From Thermoproteota archaeon (lineage in GTDB: Archaea; Korarchaeota; Korarchaeia; Korarchaeales; JAOZGB01): a stretch of DNA of 64,000 nucleotides. The notes under the pieces are model-generated. The model was not told the DNA's origin. It did not search any database and was given only the letters and a program-made list of their open reading frames with translations. Position numbers and translations under genes: made by a program. Location of the stretch: contig JAVCBU010000012.1 in assembly GCA_037917685.1 (NCBI GenBank), positions 32,001 to 96,000 of the forward strand, given 5' to 3'. Positions 47,157-57,854 of this stretch are shown here, piece by piece. The number at the start of each line of letters is the position of its first letter. Positions within the stretch are counted from its first letter, which is position 1.

Positions 47157-48574
47157 GTTACTCTTTGGATTTCATCTTTTATCTTAGTATAAAGAGTTTT
47201 TAGGTGTGGGTTAGGATTGTATGAGTCTGCGGGCTTTATAGCTTTTGAGGCAGCTTCTTCGAGGGGAACCTTGGCTGCGGCTGAGGCAGCAAGCATGGCT
47301 GACCCGAGCGCCGGCTCACCTTCAAGGATCCTTTCAACCTTTAATCCAGTGGCGTCTGCTATTATTTGGTTTTGAAGCTTACATTTTGACCCTCCACCGC
47401 AAATCTTCAGGGTAGTAGGTTTAGTGCCTGTTACTTCCTCGATGATTCCTAGGATTACAAGTAGAATAGCTGCGTTTCCCTCAAGGAACGACCTATATAT
47501 CCAGCCCGGCTTAAAATTCTCCTCTGAAATACCGGTTAGAAATCCTCTAACGGAAGGGTTCGGCCTGGGAACCCTGGTTCCCACCCATTCAGGTTGCCCC
47601 CTCAAACCACCACAGCCCGGGGGAACCTGTGATGCTAAACTCTCAAGTTCGTCATGGGAAAGCCCGAAGGCTTTTGAGACTGAGTCAAGCGGAATGGTTC
47701 CAGCATTCGTAGCCCCGCCTGTGAGATATGAGTTGTTAATGTAGCACTTATAGTATATTCTCCCCTCGATATCAGGCTCAGGCTTACTGACGACAGCATG
47801 AACCACAAGAGTTGTCCCAAGGTTAACGTTAACATGGCCAGGTGCAAGGCAGCCAGTAGCAATATCTCCTGCTGACGAGTCGGTAACAGAGTTGATCACA
47901 GGTGTGTCCTCAGGTAAACCCGTAAGCCTTGACACCTCACTACTAACGTATCCTACAACCTCGCCTATAGGCTTTACAGGAGGCATGAGATCCACGTCAA
48001 GCTCAACGTCCCTATAAGCCTCCTCCAGATAGTCCCAGCTCTTAACATCGATATGGCTCTTCCCAGCAGTATTGGGCGAAGTAGCAATACTTCCGGAAAG
48101 CTTCGCGACAAAATAGTCGCTCTCATGGAGTATTTTGTAGATCTTCTCGAAGTCTCGGAAGTTCCTCTTAAGCCATAAAACTTTTGGAATAGTAAGGTAA
48201 GGAGCTATAGGCAGGTAAGCCTCATATTCTCTAGCAGCCTGGCTTTTATCCCTTAGATACTCGGCTTCCCTGAGGGCCCTCTGATCACTGTACAACATTA
48301 TAGGATAAAGTGGGTTTAAGTTACGGTCAACAGGAACGATACTGCCGCTTGTACCGTCAACACACACAGCCTGCACGTCGCCGACATGATTTAGACCCTT
48401 AAACATTTCCACCATTCTTTCCCAAAGCGCATTCGCGTCACGCTCGACCCATCCTTCCCCTCTGCGGACAAGTAAATCTGAAATATCCACCCACTTACTC
48501 TCCACCACTGTGAAGTCTCCGTTAAGAACAACCATTTTAAGCCTTTTACTTCCTACATCAACCCCAAGATACAT
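47135..48574 (-). CDS. FGGY-family carbohydrate kinase
   Basis: LGVDVGS, DGTSGS, YSDQRA, CGGGS, ALGSA. Confidence 0.9.
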   Translation of the reverse strand: MYLGVDVGSKRLKMVVLNGDFTVVESKWVDISDLLVRRGEGWVERDANALWERMVEMFKGLNHVGDVQAVCVDGTSGSIVPVDRNLNPLYPIMLYSDQRALREAEYLRDKSQAAREYEAYLPIAPYLTIPKVLWLKRNFRDFEKIYKILHESDYFVAKLSGSIATSPNTAGKSHIDVKSWDYLEEAYRDVELDVDLMPPVKPIGEVVGYVSSEVSRLTGLPEDTPVINSVTDSSAGDIATGCLAPGHVNVNLGTTLVVHAVVSKPEPDIEGRIYYKCYINNSYLTGGATNAGTIPLDSVSKAFGLSHDELESLASQVPPGCGGLRGQPEWVGTRVPRPNPSVRGFLTGISEENFKPGWIYRSFLEGNAAILLVILGIIEEVTGTKPTTLKICGGGSKCKLQNQIIADATGLKVERILEGEPALGSAMLAASAAAKVPLEEAASKAIKPADSYNPNPHLKTLYTKIKDEIQRVTWKIYQG

Positions 48575-48816
48575 GTCTAACCCGGATGAACTATGGTTTC
48601 TTTCAAGCTATAATGGTAACGTATCATGACGTAGGTGAAACTGTTATTTCTACATTTCTTAAAACCTATCGAGGATTGCCTAACCACTTCAAGTATCTGT
48701 TAGGTGCTATCGCATCTAATACTCTTCACAACAATCTCGTAGTATCTCCTAGGACAGCTTAATGGGGACTATTAAACTAACCGCTAAGGGTTCAAAATGG
48801 AACCTTGAGCCCACAG

Positions 48817-49179
48817 CTATTTAAAAGATACCAGCACTTGCTTTGCGTTCAACGACTTTTTGAACCTAGCAAGCTCAATTCTAGCAGCTTTATAGATGGA
48901 AGAGATTCCAACAAGCCATGAAACGTCATAGAAAAGCTCTATATTACATCCTTCCTTTGAACGCTGAAAGGTAACGGTTAGGGTCCTTAAGGCCCTACTC
49001 CAACGCCATGTACCGAATGCGTAGGTTAGCAGCTTGCTTCCAGCCTTGAATGTAAGTTTTAAGCCTTTTTCCTCGCTTACAAGTTTGTACCCGGAATCGA
49101 TGAAGAATTTCCTAACTTTGGGATATAGTTCATTACACTTACCACCTGTCAGGAATAGGACTCTAAGTTTACGCCCCAA
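48817..49179 (-). CDS. Hypothetical protein
   Basis: 120-aa ORF with GAGGT RBS, co-directional with PTS IIC. Confidence 0.6.
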   Translation of the reverse strand: MGRKLRVLFLTGGKCNELYPKVRKFFIDSGYKLVSEEKGLKLTFKAGSKLLTYAFGTWRWSRALRTLTVTFQRSKEGCNIELFYDVSWLVGISSIYKAARIELARFKKSLNAKQVLVSFK

Positions 49180-49213
49180 GATCAGTTATACCTCAAAAAG
49201 ATAGGGGAGATTA

Positions 49214-50614
49214 TTAACTCTCCTCCAGCTCTTTCGCAACAACCTTAGGCATGTCCTTGGCCCACCACCAGCAGCCGAAGTACAAGATGGCAGCTATGAT
49301 CCCCATCAGTAACCCCTTGAGGTTAAACTTCACGGCATTGATAAATATAGTCATTATGATCCATGGGAAGATGTGAGCACCAGCGTCGAGGCTTGACACC
49401 ACCTGGGCTCCAGGTGGAAGCTCATAGTTTATAGCCTTAGCAGCATCAGTTAAGGGACCTGCAAAGCTGTTAGTAAATGCCATAACCAGCAGTGAAACTA
49501 TGAAACCGTTTATCAATCCCTTGATCAGGTTGCCGCCACTGGACGCCAACGACCACATTATGAGCACAGGTATGATGGCTAGGTCAGCAAGCGGTAGAAT
49601 CCTGTTGCCTGGCAGGAAAGTCATAGCAACATACACAGGGATCAGTATCAGTCCTGCAGCCACTGCAGATGGGCTTGCCAGACCTACCGGCCCAGCGTCG
49701 ATACCAATGTAAATCTCACGACCCTTAAACCTCTCGGACTTCGAGAAGAACTCGCTAATACCATCCGCAATAGGCATTAGACCCTCCATCAAGATTCCAA
49801 TCATCCTACCTTCTAGAAGCAACAGTGCACCAGTATAGATGGCAAGCTCGTACACCTTGCTAAGCTGCAGGCCATATGCGAGGAAGCCGAGGAACAGGCC
49901 AACATAGACTCCAAGCATCATAGGTTCTCCGAAGAAGCCAAGCTTCTCTCTTATAGATTCAGGGTCAGCCTTTATATCCTGAATACCAGGAATCTTCCTT
50001 ATAATCTTGTCCAAGGCAAAGGTTACAGGAGCCCAGTTAGTGGTCTCGGTATGAGGAAGCGAAGTACCAGGAATATCGAAGAACGGCTGACTAGTAGGAA
50101 CAATCCAGTCAGCCAGGAGCAATATGACAATCTCAGTAATAATAGCTGCGATAATACCAAGGATAGCGCTGCCGGTTGCAAACTGCACCATAACAGCCGT
50201 AAACGCCCAATGCCAGTAATTCCAAAGGTCAGCATCGAAAGTTTTCGTCCAATTGAACAGTAGCATAATTACGTTTACTATGAAGCCTATGGGTATTATT
50301 AAGGGGGCTATTTTGGATGCCCATGTAATTGCTGATGTTAGGGGCCAACCTATGTCCAAACCTGCCAGTTGAATACCCGTCCGGTTAACCATTTGCTGGA
50401 CTGCCGGGCCTAGGACTCCGAATACTGCGCCTAGAACTGCAAAGATTCCCACGAATGCTACTCCCACCGTGACTGCCGATCTCAGGGATTTTCCTATCGG
50501 CTGCCTAAAGATTATTGAGAGTAGGAACAGTATTATTGGCATCATTAAGGCTGGTCCGAAGCCTAGGATTGTCTGAATAAGCTGGGTTAGCCATTCTACT
50601 TGAAACGGGAGCAT
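49214..50614 (-). CDS. PTS galactitol-family EIIC (GatC/SgcC)
   Basis: DIGWP, DLWNYWH, FGEP, GID, PGNRILPLADL; probable ATG 50614 (ORF track opens at 50665). Confidence 0.92.
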   Translation of the reverse strand: MLPFQVEWLTQLIQTILGFGPALMMPIILFLLSIIFRQPIGKSLRSAVTVGVAFVGIFAVLGAVFGVLGPAVQQMVNRTGIQLAGLDIGWPLTSAITWASKIAPLIIPIGFIVNVIMLLFNWTKTFDADLWNYWHWAFTAVMVQFATGSAILGIIAAIITEIVILLLADWIVPTSQPFFDIPGTSLPHTETTNWAPVTFALDKIIRKIPGIQDIKADPESIREKLGFFGEPMMLGVYVGLFLGFLAYGLQLSKVYELAIYTGALLLLEGRMIGILMEGLMPIADGISEFFSKSERFKGREIYIGIDAGPVGLASPSAVAAGLILIPVYVAMTFLPGNRILPLADLAIIPVLIMWSLASSGGNLIKGLINGFIVSLLVMAFTNSFAGPLTDAAKAINYELPPGAQVVSSLDAGAHIFPWIIMTIFINAVKFNLKGLLMGIIAAILYFGCWWWAKDMPKVVAKELEES

Positions 50615-51005
50615 TCTTTCGACACCTGACAGACGCAAGCACGTTAGTAATATAAATGTTTTCATCCCAAGGACTGTGGATGCTATTTTCTGGTTGACAT
50701 GCTCATATCATCCAATATATTTATATATACATTTATTTGGAAGAGTTTTAGATTTTTATGCAATTTTTATGTTAATCAAAGTATACATCAAAATCGGGTA
50801 GTTTAAAAATCTACGCCATTTAAAAGGCGGTTGTCCACCATATTAAGTCGTAAGAAAGCTCCTAGTAAACTTTAGCAATTGTAGGGTATTATTTGTGGGT
50901 TGTTGAGACTTATCCTATTTTCGTTGATTATTTGAACCTGTTAGAACTAACATTTATAAGTTATTTTTGATGGTGTGTTTGTTAGAGTTTAAGGGGTGAA
51001 GATTA

Positions 51006-51320
51006 ATGGCTAAGTATATAATATATATTGCCTGTGGTTCTGCCGCTGCCTCCGCCAATGTCGTTAGAAGTAGGCTTGATCAAATGCTTAGAAACAAGGG
51101 TTTAAGGAACTTTGAGCTCAGAATTGCGAGGGTTGCAGAGCTCCCTAGTATTACACAGAGGGTTCATCCAGATCTAGTGATTATAACCGCTGGTAGCTAT
51201 TCTAGGACTGGTATTCCAGAGGACATTCCTGTGATCAGCGGGGTTCCTCTGATGACTATGGTTGGTGTTGATAAATTCGTGAATGAGGTAATTGAAACTC
51301 TAAAGAAGAAATCTAAGTAG
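51006..51320 (+). CDS. PTS EIIB (galactitol/lactose-type)
   Basis: IYIACGSAAAS phospho-Cys loop; GVPLMT.VG. Confidence 0.85.
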   Translation: MAKYIIYIACGSAAASANVVRSRLDQMLRNKGLRNFELRIARVAELPSITQRVHPDLVIITAGSYSRTGIPEDIPVISGVPLMTMVGVDKFVNEVIETLKKKSK

Positions 51321-51347
51321 TATAAGCCATGACAGTGGGTTTCCGTA

Positions 51348-51797
51348 TTGGAAGATATAATCATTGACACTAGGAAAGTGCTGAGTGATGACTGGGAAGG
51401 TGCTTTAAAGGAGCTTGCGGAGTATGCATTAAGTAAGGGCTATGTTAAGCCCAGCTATGTGAAGGCTCTGCTCGATAGGGAGGAGAAATATCCTACTGGA
51501 ATCTCGATTCCAAATGCGGTTAACGTTGCCATTCCACATGCTGAGGTAGAACATGTTTATAGGCAGGCTCTGATAATTGGCTATGGAGAGAAGCCGGTTA
51601 GGTTTGGAAATATTGAGGATCCAGATAGCACTGTTGATGTTGATGTTATTCTCCTTTTGATAATTAGCAACCCGGACGGGTATGTCCAGTTTCTCTCTAA
51701 GTTGACGCTTCTCTTTCAGGATAAGGACTTCATAGAGCTTGCTAGGTCTCGCAGGTATAGGGAGCTTGGGAAGCTTGTCGCGAAGAGATGCCTGTAG
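51348..51797 (+). CDS. PTS EIIA (EIIA-2 family)
   Basis: REEKYPTG, VAIPHA. Confidence 0.9.
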   Translation: MEDIIIDTRKVLSDDWEGALKELAEYALSKGYVKPSYVKALLDREEKYPTGISIPNAVNVAIPHAEVEHVYRQALIIGYGEKPVRFGNIEDPDSTVDVDVILLLIISNPDGYVQFLSKLTLLFQDKDFIELARSRRYRELGKLVAKRCL

Positions 51798-51806
51798 GGG
51801 ACTTGA

Positions 51807-52079
51807 ATGGTTGAGGCTACTGTTAAATTGCTTAATAAGGTCGGCCTCCATGCTAGACCTGCAAGCCTCTTTGTTCAGACTGCAAGGAAGTTTAAGTCAG
51901 CCATTAAGGTTAGGAAAGCCGGTGTAGACAGGGTTGTCGATGCTAAGAGTATTCTGGGTGTTCTCTCGCTTGGGGCTGAGATGGGTGATGTAATAACTAT
52001 TACAGCTGAGGGTGATGATGCTGAGTTAGCTGTGAAGACCCTTGTTGATCTCGTTAACAGTAAGTTTGGAGAGGAGTAG
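51807..52079 (+). CDS. ptsH: Phosphocarrier protein HPr
   Basis: GLHARPAS, DAKSILGV. Confidence 0.95.
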   Translation: MVEATVKLLNKVGLHARPASLFVQTARKFKSAIKVRKAGVDRVVDAKSILGVLSLGAEMGDVITITAEGDDAELAVKTLVDLVNSKFGEE

Positions 52080-52082
52080 TCT

Positions 52083-53801
52083 TTGAGAAGGTTTAAAGGG
52101 GTACCTGCGTCTCGAGGTATATCGCTTGGCACGGCATACGTATACTGCAAGGAGGAACTCCGTGTAAAGGCTGAAAGAGTTGACGATCCAACCAGGGAGG
52201 TGGAACGCTTTAGGGAGACTTTGACTAGGGTTAAGTCCTACCTGTCAAGGCTTGGAGACAAAGTTAGAGCTGAGGTTGGAGAGGAGGAAGCCGCTATATA
52301 CGATGCTTTACTTTTGATACTTGAGGATGAATCCTCCTTCGTTAACCCTACGATTGATCTTATAACCGGGCAGGGTATTTGCGCGGAGTACGCAGTACAT
52401 AAGGTTTTGGAGGATGTGGCATGTACTCTTGAAGGATTAGAGAGCGAGTATATGAGGCAAAGGGCTCTTGACGTTAGAGATGTGAAAGAGCTTATAATTA
52501 GAAATCTGAGGGAGGAGGCTGAACCGTTGGCGAGGAGGCTCCCTGAGAATGCTATTGTCATCGCTGCTGAGCTTGGGCCTTCCGATATAGCCGGGCTGGA
52601 CAAGCGGATGATTGCAGGCTTTGTTACGGAGAAGGGTGGTGTTACGAGCCACCCTGCCATTATCGCTAGATCCATGGGCATCCCTGCGGTGATGGGTGTA
52701 AAAGGGGTACTACAGGCTATAAAGCCTGGTGTGAGGGTTATCGTTGATGGTGTCAGTGGGGAGGTTATCATAGATCCGCCTCCAGATATGGTAAAAAGAT
52801 ATCTTAAGAAAGCCATGGAGGAAAAAAGGGAATATGATCTCCTCATGAAGTATGCCAAGCTGCCTGCAGTGACAAGAGACGGCTTCAAGGTAGGCGTATA
52901 TGCTAATGTAGGTAGTAGGGATGACGTTAATCTTGCTGTGAAGTATGGCGCTGAAGGCATAGGCTTGCTTAGAACAGAGTTCATGTTCGCAGAAAGAGAC
53001 AGGCCGCCAGGCGAGGATGAACTTTTAAGAGAGCTTGTGTATATAGCGGACAAATTCAAGGGGAAGCCGATAATCGTTAGAACCCTTGATGTAGGCTGTG
53101 ATAAGCCGCTGCCCTACGTTAGAATCCCACGTGAGGATAATCCTTTCCTGGGAGTTAGAGGAATCCGGGTTACGTTACGGCACAGAGACGTATTTAAGCT
53201 CCAGCTTAGGGCGATACTTAGAGCAACGGTTAGGGGAGACTTTAGGATAATGTTCCCTATGATTACGGTTCCGGAGGAGTTTAAACAGGCGAGGGCGCTG
53301 CTTGAGGAGTGTATGGATGAGCTTTCCGACCAGGGTGTCAGCTACAGCGAGGACGTGAAAGTTGGGATCATGGTTGAAACTCCCTCAGCGGCTTTGCTTA
53401 TGGACTTGTTTGCCGACATGGCAGACTTCTTCAGCATCGGTACTAACGACTTAACACAGTATGTTCTAGCAGCTGACAGAGGGAACGCTGAACTCTCAGC
53501 TCTGTACAACCCTTTCCAGCCGGCAGTCTTAAAACTGATAGCCATAACCGTAGAGGAGGCGCATATGAGGGGGAAAGAGGTTGGGGTATGCGGGGAAATG
53601 GCCTCTGATCCCAGGGCTATCCCACTTCTTGTAGGCCTAGGAGTAGACGAGCTTAGCATGAATCCAATAGAGATCCCCAGGGCAAAGAAGACAATTAGAG
53701 AGGTGAGTAAGGATTCAGCTGAGAAAATAGCGGCTAAGGCTTTAAAGGCTAAAAGTGTAAGCGAAGTGTTAAAGATATTAGAGGGGTCAGGGGAGGGTTG
53801 A
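52083..53801 (+). CDS. ptsI: PTS enzyme I
   Basis: GG.TSH.AI.AR, GLLRTEF, NPFLG.RG.R, SIGTNDLTQY, CGEMA. Confidence 0.96.
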   Translation: MRRFKGVPASRGISLGTAYVYCKEELRVKAERVDDPTREVERFRETLTRVKSYLSRLGDKVRAEVGEEEAAIYDALLLILEDESSFVNPTIDLITGQGICAEYAVHKVLEDVACTLEGLESEYMRQRALDVRDVKELIIRNLREEAEPLARRLPENAIVIAAELGPSDIAGLDKRMIAGFVTEKGGVTSHPAIIARSMGIPAVMGVKGVLQAIKPGVRVIVDGVSGEVIIDPPPDMVKRYLKKAMEEKREYDLLMKYAKLPAVTRDGFKVGVYANVGSRDDVNLAVKYGAEGIGLLRTEFMFAERDRPPGEDELLRELVYIADKFKGKPIIVRTLDVGCDKPLPYVRIPREDNPFLGVRGIRVTLRHRDVFKLQLRAILRATVRGDFRIMFPMITVPEEFKQARALLEECMDELSDQGVSYSEDVKVGIMVETPSAALLMDLFADMADFFSIGTNDLTQYVLAADRGNAELSALYNPFQPAVLKLIAITVEEAHMRGKEVGVCGEMASDPRAIPLLVGLGVDELSMNPIEIPRAKKTIREVSKDSAEKIAAKALKAKSVSEVLKILEGSGEG

Positions 53802-53804
53802 TTC

Positions 53805-54100
53805 TTAAATAGTCTTCCGTCCTACCAGTAGAAAGTGCTCACTTGCACCTATTATGGATGATTCGAGGTTTCTATTACTATTTTAACCCACTTCTCCCAT
53901 TTTCAGGGTCTTCGGCGATCCTGTTAGTTTCCTCCCGGTGATGGGAAGATAAGCCTTCCAGGGCGGCCATCTCCAGGACCTTTACGCCTTTCTTCTCAAA
54001 AATGTCTCTCAACTCTTCGGGCATGAACCAGTGGGGAGCTGTGAAGCCTTTCGACTCTTTCCTAGGTAGCTTGCCAGGTCCTCGATTGCAGCAGCCAATT
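53805..54100 (-). pseudogene. 5'-truncated class I SAM methyltransferase remnant
   Basis: Minus frame GFTAPHWFMPEELRDIFEK.G.KVLEMAALEGL...SEHFLLVGRK*, N-terminal part missing. Confidence 0.6.
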
Positions 54101-54239
54101 ATACCTTCACATTAAAACCTGCTATAGGCCTTTTTAAAAAATGAAGAACAGCTATGTTGCGGATAGTAGAGGCATGATGATTAGGAAACGATTATAGTTG
54201 TTTGTTATTTGGGTGTGTTTGTTTATGGTTGAATCGTGG

Positions 54240-55142
54240 TTATTCTTTTATGTATGGTTTTCCTGCTTCTGCGGGCCCTCTCACTTTAACTCCGAATATT
54301 GCAATTACTATTACTGTTACTATGTAGGGTATCATTTTGGGTATTTGGGTTGGTATTCCTGTCTGTAGTGATGTTGAGACCCAAAACTGTATTTCGTCGA
54401 AGAATCCGAAGAATATTGAGCCTGCTATTGCAAACAGGGGATTCCATCTTACAAATATTACAAGGGCTAGAGCTATCCATCCTCTTCCTCCTGTTATCAT
54501 TCTTATGAAGATGTTGTTCCAGTCTATGGAGAGGTATACGCCTGCGAGGGCAAAGTAGATGGAGCCTAGGGTTGTGGCTAGGATTCTGTATTTGTAAACG
54601 TTTATCCCTGCTGCGTCGGCCGCGAAGGCGGATTCGCCGCAGGCTCTGAGTCTTAGGCCGTACTTCGTCTTGTAGAGAAGGAACCATGCTAATATTGCCA
54701 TTATCAGGGAGACTGGCAGGAAGTATGATATTCTTTCACCTGTCGCCAGGGTGTATAGGGCTGGAAGCCTCTCCACTGCTCTGCCGTAGCCAAATGTTTT
54801 CCATACTATTATTGTCAGAGTCTCTGTTAGTCCCATGGCAAGTGTTAGAAGTCCTAGTCCTAGTACGACTTGTATCGCCCTAGCCTTGACGCTTAGATAC
54901 CCGTATATTAGTCCAAGAATTATACCTGTTATAAGGCCTAAGAGTAAACCGTAGTATGGACTTCCAGTCTTCCAAGACCCGTAGGCAGCGTTGAATGCTG
55001 ATAGAAGCATTATCCCCTCGATTCCAATGTTTATTATGCCGGCTCTCTCGGTTATTATCTCGCCTACAGCCCCAAACAAGAGTGGAATCATACATCTGAT
55101 CGTCCCGAGTGCGAGGGATAGTATTATTCCAAGGTCTAGCAT
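54240..55142 (-). CDS. Nucleoside-type ABC transporter permease
   Basis: ERAGIINIGIEG, RLRACGE, GRGWIALA, PY. Confidence 0.92.
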   Translation of the reverse strand: MLDLGIILSLALGTIRCMIPLLFGAVGEIITERAGIINIGIEGIMLLSAFNAAYGSWKTGSPYYGLLLGLITGIILGLIYGYLSVKARAIQVVLGLGLLTLAMGLTETLTIIVWKTFGYGRAVERLPALYTLATGERISYFLPVSLIMAILAWFLLYKTKYGLRLRACGESAFAADAAGINVYKYRILATTLGSIYFALAGVYLSIDWNNIFIRMITGGRGWIALALVIFVRWNPLFAIAGSIFFGFFDEIQFWVSTSLQTGIPTQIPKMIPYIVTVIVIAIFGVKVRGPAEAGKPYIKE

Positions 55143-56303
55143 CTATTTCACCTCCTCCTTTTCCTCCACTCTTCTCCTCCTGATGTATGCCCTTATCATG
55201 TCGAAGAGTCCTGGAAGAGCAGCAAACATGACTATCATACCTTCTATCGCGAGTGAAACTTCCTTAGGCATCCCGGTAGCTGGCTGTAGGCTTCTTGCCC
55301 CCACGTGGAGGGCTGCTATGAAGAAGCTTGCAAGAAGTATACCGATGGGGTTGAGTCTTCCAATTAGAGCTATCGGTATACCAGTAAAACCGTATCCTGG
55401 ACTGAATGCCTGGTTAAACCTGTACTCTGTGAAAACGACATCTAGGACGCCAACCAGTCCTCCTATAACCCCACTAAGTACCATTAAAATAACTGTCACC
55501 CTTTCCACGTCTATTCCACCGTACTCAGCTGCCTTTGGGTTTGACCCTATACACTTTATCATGTAGCCGAGAGTTGTTCCCTTCATAAGGTAGTATACAG
55601 CTCCAAATATTAGAAGGGAAATTATGACCCCTGAGGTTACCTCCTTCCCTCCAGCAAATGGAAGCGGTGGAACCATAGCGGTGTCCCGGATGGGGGGAGT
55701 TAGAATCCCTCCTGGGACTATTCCGGTCTTAGGCAAGAATGCTGTAACAACCAGCATTTCGGTGGTAAAGGTAGCTATGTAGTTAAGCATTATAGTTGTG
55801 ACAACCTCGTGGGCGCCCCTCTTGACTTTTAGAATAGCGGGGATGAATAGCCATGCTCCACCAACGACGGCGCCAATGAACATGCATAGCAGGGGATGCA
55901 GGATCCTTCCGATGAGCCCGCTGGGCATGGGTAAGAGGTATCCGATGACAAAGGATGAGAAAGCGCCTAGATACAAGGCTCCTTCTACTCCTATATTAAA
56001 TATTCCACCAAGGAAGCATATCCCAAGAGCTAATCCTGATGGTAGGAGGAACATGAACTCTCTAAGAGTTGTAGACCAGCCTAGAGGTCCGCCGAATGCT
56101 CCTTGCATGCCATACCTCTCATTGCCTATGAACATCGACTTATAAGCATTGGCTGGGTCGTATCCCCATAGATACATTAGAATTCCTCCTCCAAGGAACC
56201 CTATCAAGATAACTGTTAAAGACTGTAATACCTGGAGTAAGCTTTCTCCATACTTATCCCAGAATGATAGTTCAACTTTTTCTAAGCTCATCTTCAGGTA
56301 CAC
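55143..56303 (-). CDS. Nucleoside-type ABC transporter permease
   Basis: FNIGVEG, EVVTTIMLNY, GYGFTGI.IAL. Confidence 0.92.
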   Translation of the reverse strand: MYLKMSLEKVELSFWDKYGESLLQVLQSLTVILIGFLGGGILMYLWGYDPANAYKSMFIGNERYGMQGAFGGPLGWSTTLREFMFLLPSGLALGICFLGGIFNIGVEGALYLGAFSSFVIGYLLPMPSGLIGRILHPLLCMFIGAVVGGAWLFIPAILKVKRGAHEVVTTIMLNYIATFTTEMLVVTAFLPKTGIVPGGILTPPIRDTAMVPPLPFAGGKEVTSGVIISLLIFGAVYYLMKGTTLGYMIKCIGSNPKAAEYGGIDVERVTVILMVLSGVIGGLVGVLDVVFTEYRFNQAFSPGYGFTGIPIALIGRLNPIGILLASFFIAALHVGARSLQPATGMPKEVSLAIEGMIVMFAALPGLFDMIRAYIRRRRVEEKEEVK

Positions 56304-57798
56304 CTCCCATCATCATACCTATCTCCTCGATGCTGTAGTCGCTGGGACGTCCTACCCCCATAAATCTACCCTCGTATATAACTGCAATCCTATCAGATAG
56401 GCTTAATACCTCGTCAAGGTCGGACGATATGAGTAGAACGGCTTTACCCTCATCTCTCATCTTCAAAAGAGACGATCTGACAAACTCAGTAGCTGCAACG
56501 TCAAGGCCCATTGTGGGCTCGGCTGCGATTATAAGCTTAGGGCTTCGACTCAGCTCTCTAGCAATTATCACTCTTTGCTGGTTCCCCCCTGAGAGATATT
56601 TAACCATGACCTTCTCGCTAGGCGTCATAATGTTAAACTTCTCTATTAAGTCCAAAGCGTAGCTCCTTATAACCTGGCTGTTCAGCCTTAACCCATCTGA
56701 GAACGGGCTATCATAGAACCTGTTTAAGATAAGGTTTTCCATGACTGAAAGTTCACCTATGAGACCCCTCTCAACCCTGTTTTCTGGAATATAGCTCACA
56801 CCAGCCTGATAGATATGTTTGGGAGGGACGTTGGTCACATCTTTACCGTCGATTATGACTTTGCCCTTTACAACCTCTCTTAAACCAACAAGAGCCTCAG
56901 CGAGTTCAGACTGTCCGTTACCTTGTACTCCTGCAATTCCGAATATTTCTCCGCCTTTAACGGTGAACGATAGGCCATTGACAGCCGGAAGCCCCATATC
57001 ATTAAGAACATGTAAGTCTAAAACTTTCAAGATCTCCTTTCCTACCTGGACGGGTTTCTTCTCGAATTTCAGAAATACTTCTCTGCCAACCATCATTTTA
57101 GCAAGGTCGGGTATATCAACCTCTGAAGCATTAACCGTTGAGACCCGAATTCCGCCTCTAAGAACCGTGATCCTATCACAGATGGCTTTAGCCTCTTTAA
57201 GCTTGTGAGTGACGAAAACGATACTTCTCCCCTGAGATCTGAGTTTATCAAGTGTTTTAAACAGGTCTCTAACCTCAAGGGGTGTTAAGACTGAGGTAGG
57301 CTCGTCTAAGATCAAAACGTTTACATTCCTATATAGTAATTTTAGAATCTCAACCCTTTGTCTAGCTCCAACCGGGAGATCCCTAATGGGTACATCCAGA
57401 TTGACATGTAGGCCGGTTTCCTCCATTAGACTTAAGACATGGTCTCTTGCAGCCTCGAGGTCTATGAGACCTTTATCGCCGGGTTCCGTACCGAGAGTTA
57501 TATTTTCTAACGCCGTAAACTCTGGTACAAGTGTAAAATGTTGAAAAACCATGCCAATACCATGATTTAACGCATCACGGGGGCTTCCGAAGCTGACAGT
57601 CTTACCTCCAACAAGTATTTCACCAGATGTAGGCTGGATTTGGCCGTAAAGTATTCTCATAAGAGTAGACTTACCAGCACCGTTCTCGCCTAGCAAACCA
57701 TGTATTTCTTGCTTCCTGAGATCGAAATTCACTCCTCTGAGAGCATAAACTCCATCAGGATATATCTTCCTAATACCTTTCATTACAACTTGAAGCAT
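56272..57798 (-). CDS. ABC transporter ATP-binding protein (duplicated, CUT2-type)
   Basis: GENGAGKST, ILDEPT, LSGGNQQR. Confidence 0.95.
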   Translation of the reverse strand: MLQVVMKGIRKIYPDGVYALRGVNFDLRKQEIHGLLGENGAGKSTLMRILYGQIQPTSGEILVGGKTVSFGSPRDALNHGIGMVFQHFTLVPEFTALENITLGTEPGDKGLIDLEAARDHVLSLMEETGLHVNLDVPIRDLPVGARQRVEILKLLYRNVNVLILDEPTSVLTPLEVRDLFKTLDKLRSQGRSIVFVTHKLKEAKAICDRITVLRGGIRVSTVNASEVDIPDLAKMMVGREVFLKFEKKPVQVGKEILKVLDLHVLNDMGLPAVNGLSFTVKGGEIFGIAGVQGNGQSELAEALVGLREVVKGKVIIDGKDVTNVPPKHIYQAGVSYIPENRVERGLIGELSVMENLILNRFYDSPFSDGLRLNSQVIRSYALDLIEKFNIMTPSEKVMVKYLSGGNQQRVIIARELSRSPKLIIAAEPTMGLDVAATEFVRSSLLKMRDEGKAVLLISSDLDEVLSLSDRIAVIYEGRFMGVGRPSDYSIEEIGMMMGGVPEDELRKS

Positions 57799-57854
57799 CC
57801 TAATCAGCCCTTATAAACCCCAAAAAAAGATGGGGATTTAGGTGAGGTTTACTC

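Noticed and set aside
52238-53059. Long antisense ORFs (this one, 19242-19961, 36755-37315 and similar)
   Set aside because: Shadow frames of well-supported genes on the opposite strand
54174-54240. ATGATGA box C candidate
   Set aside because: No D or D' boxes at suitable spacing
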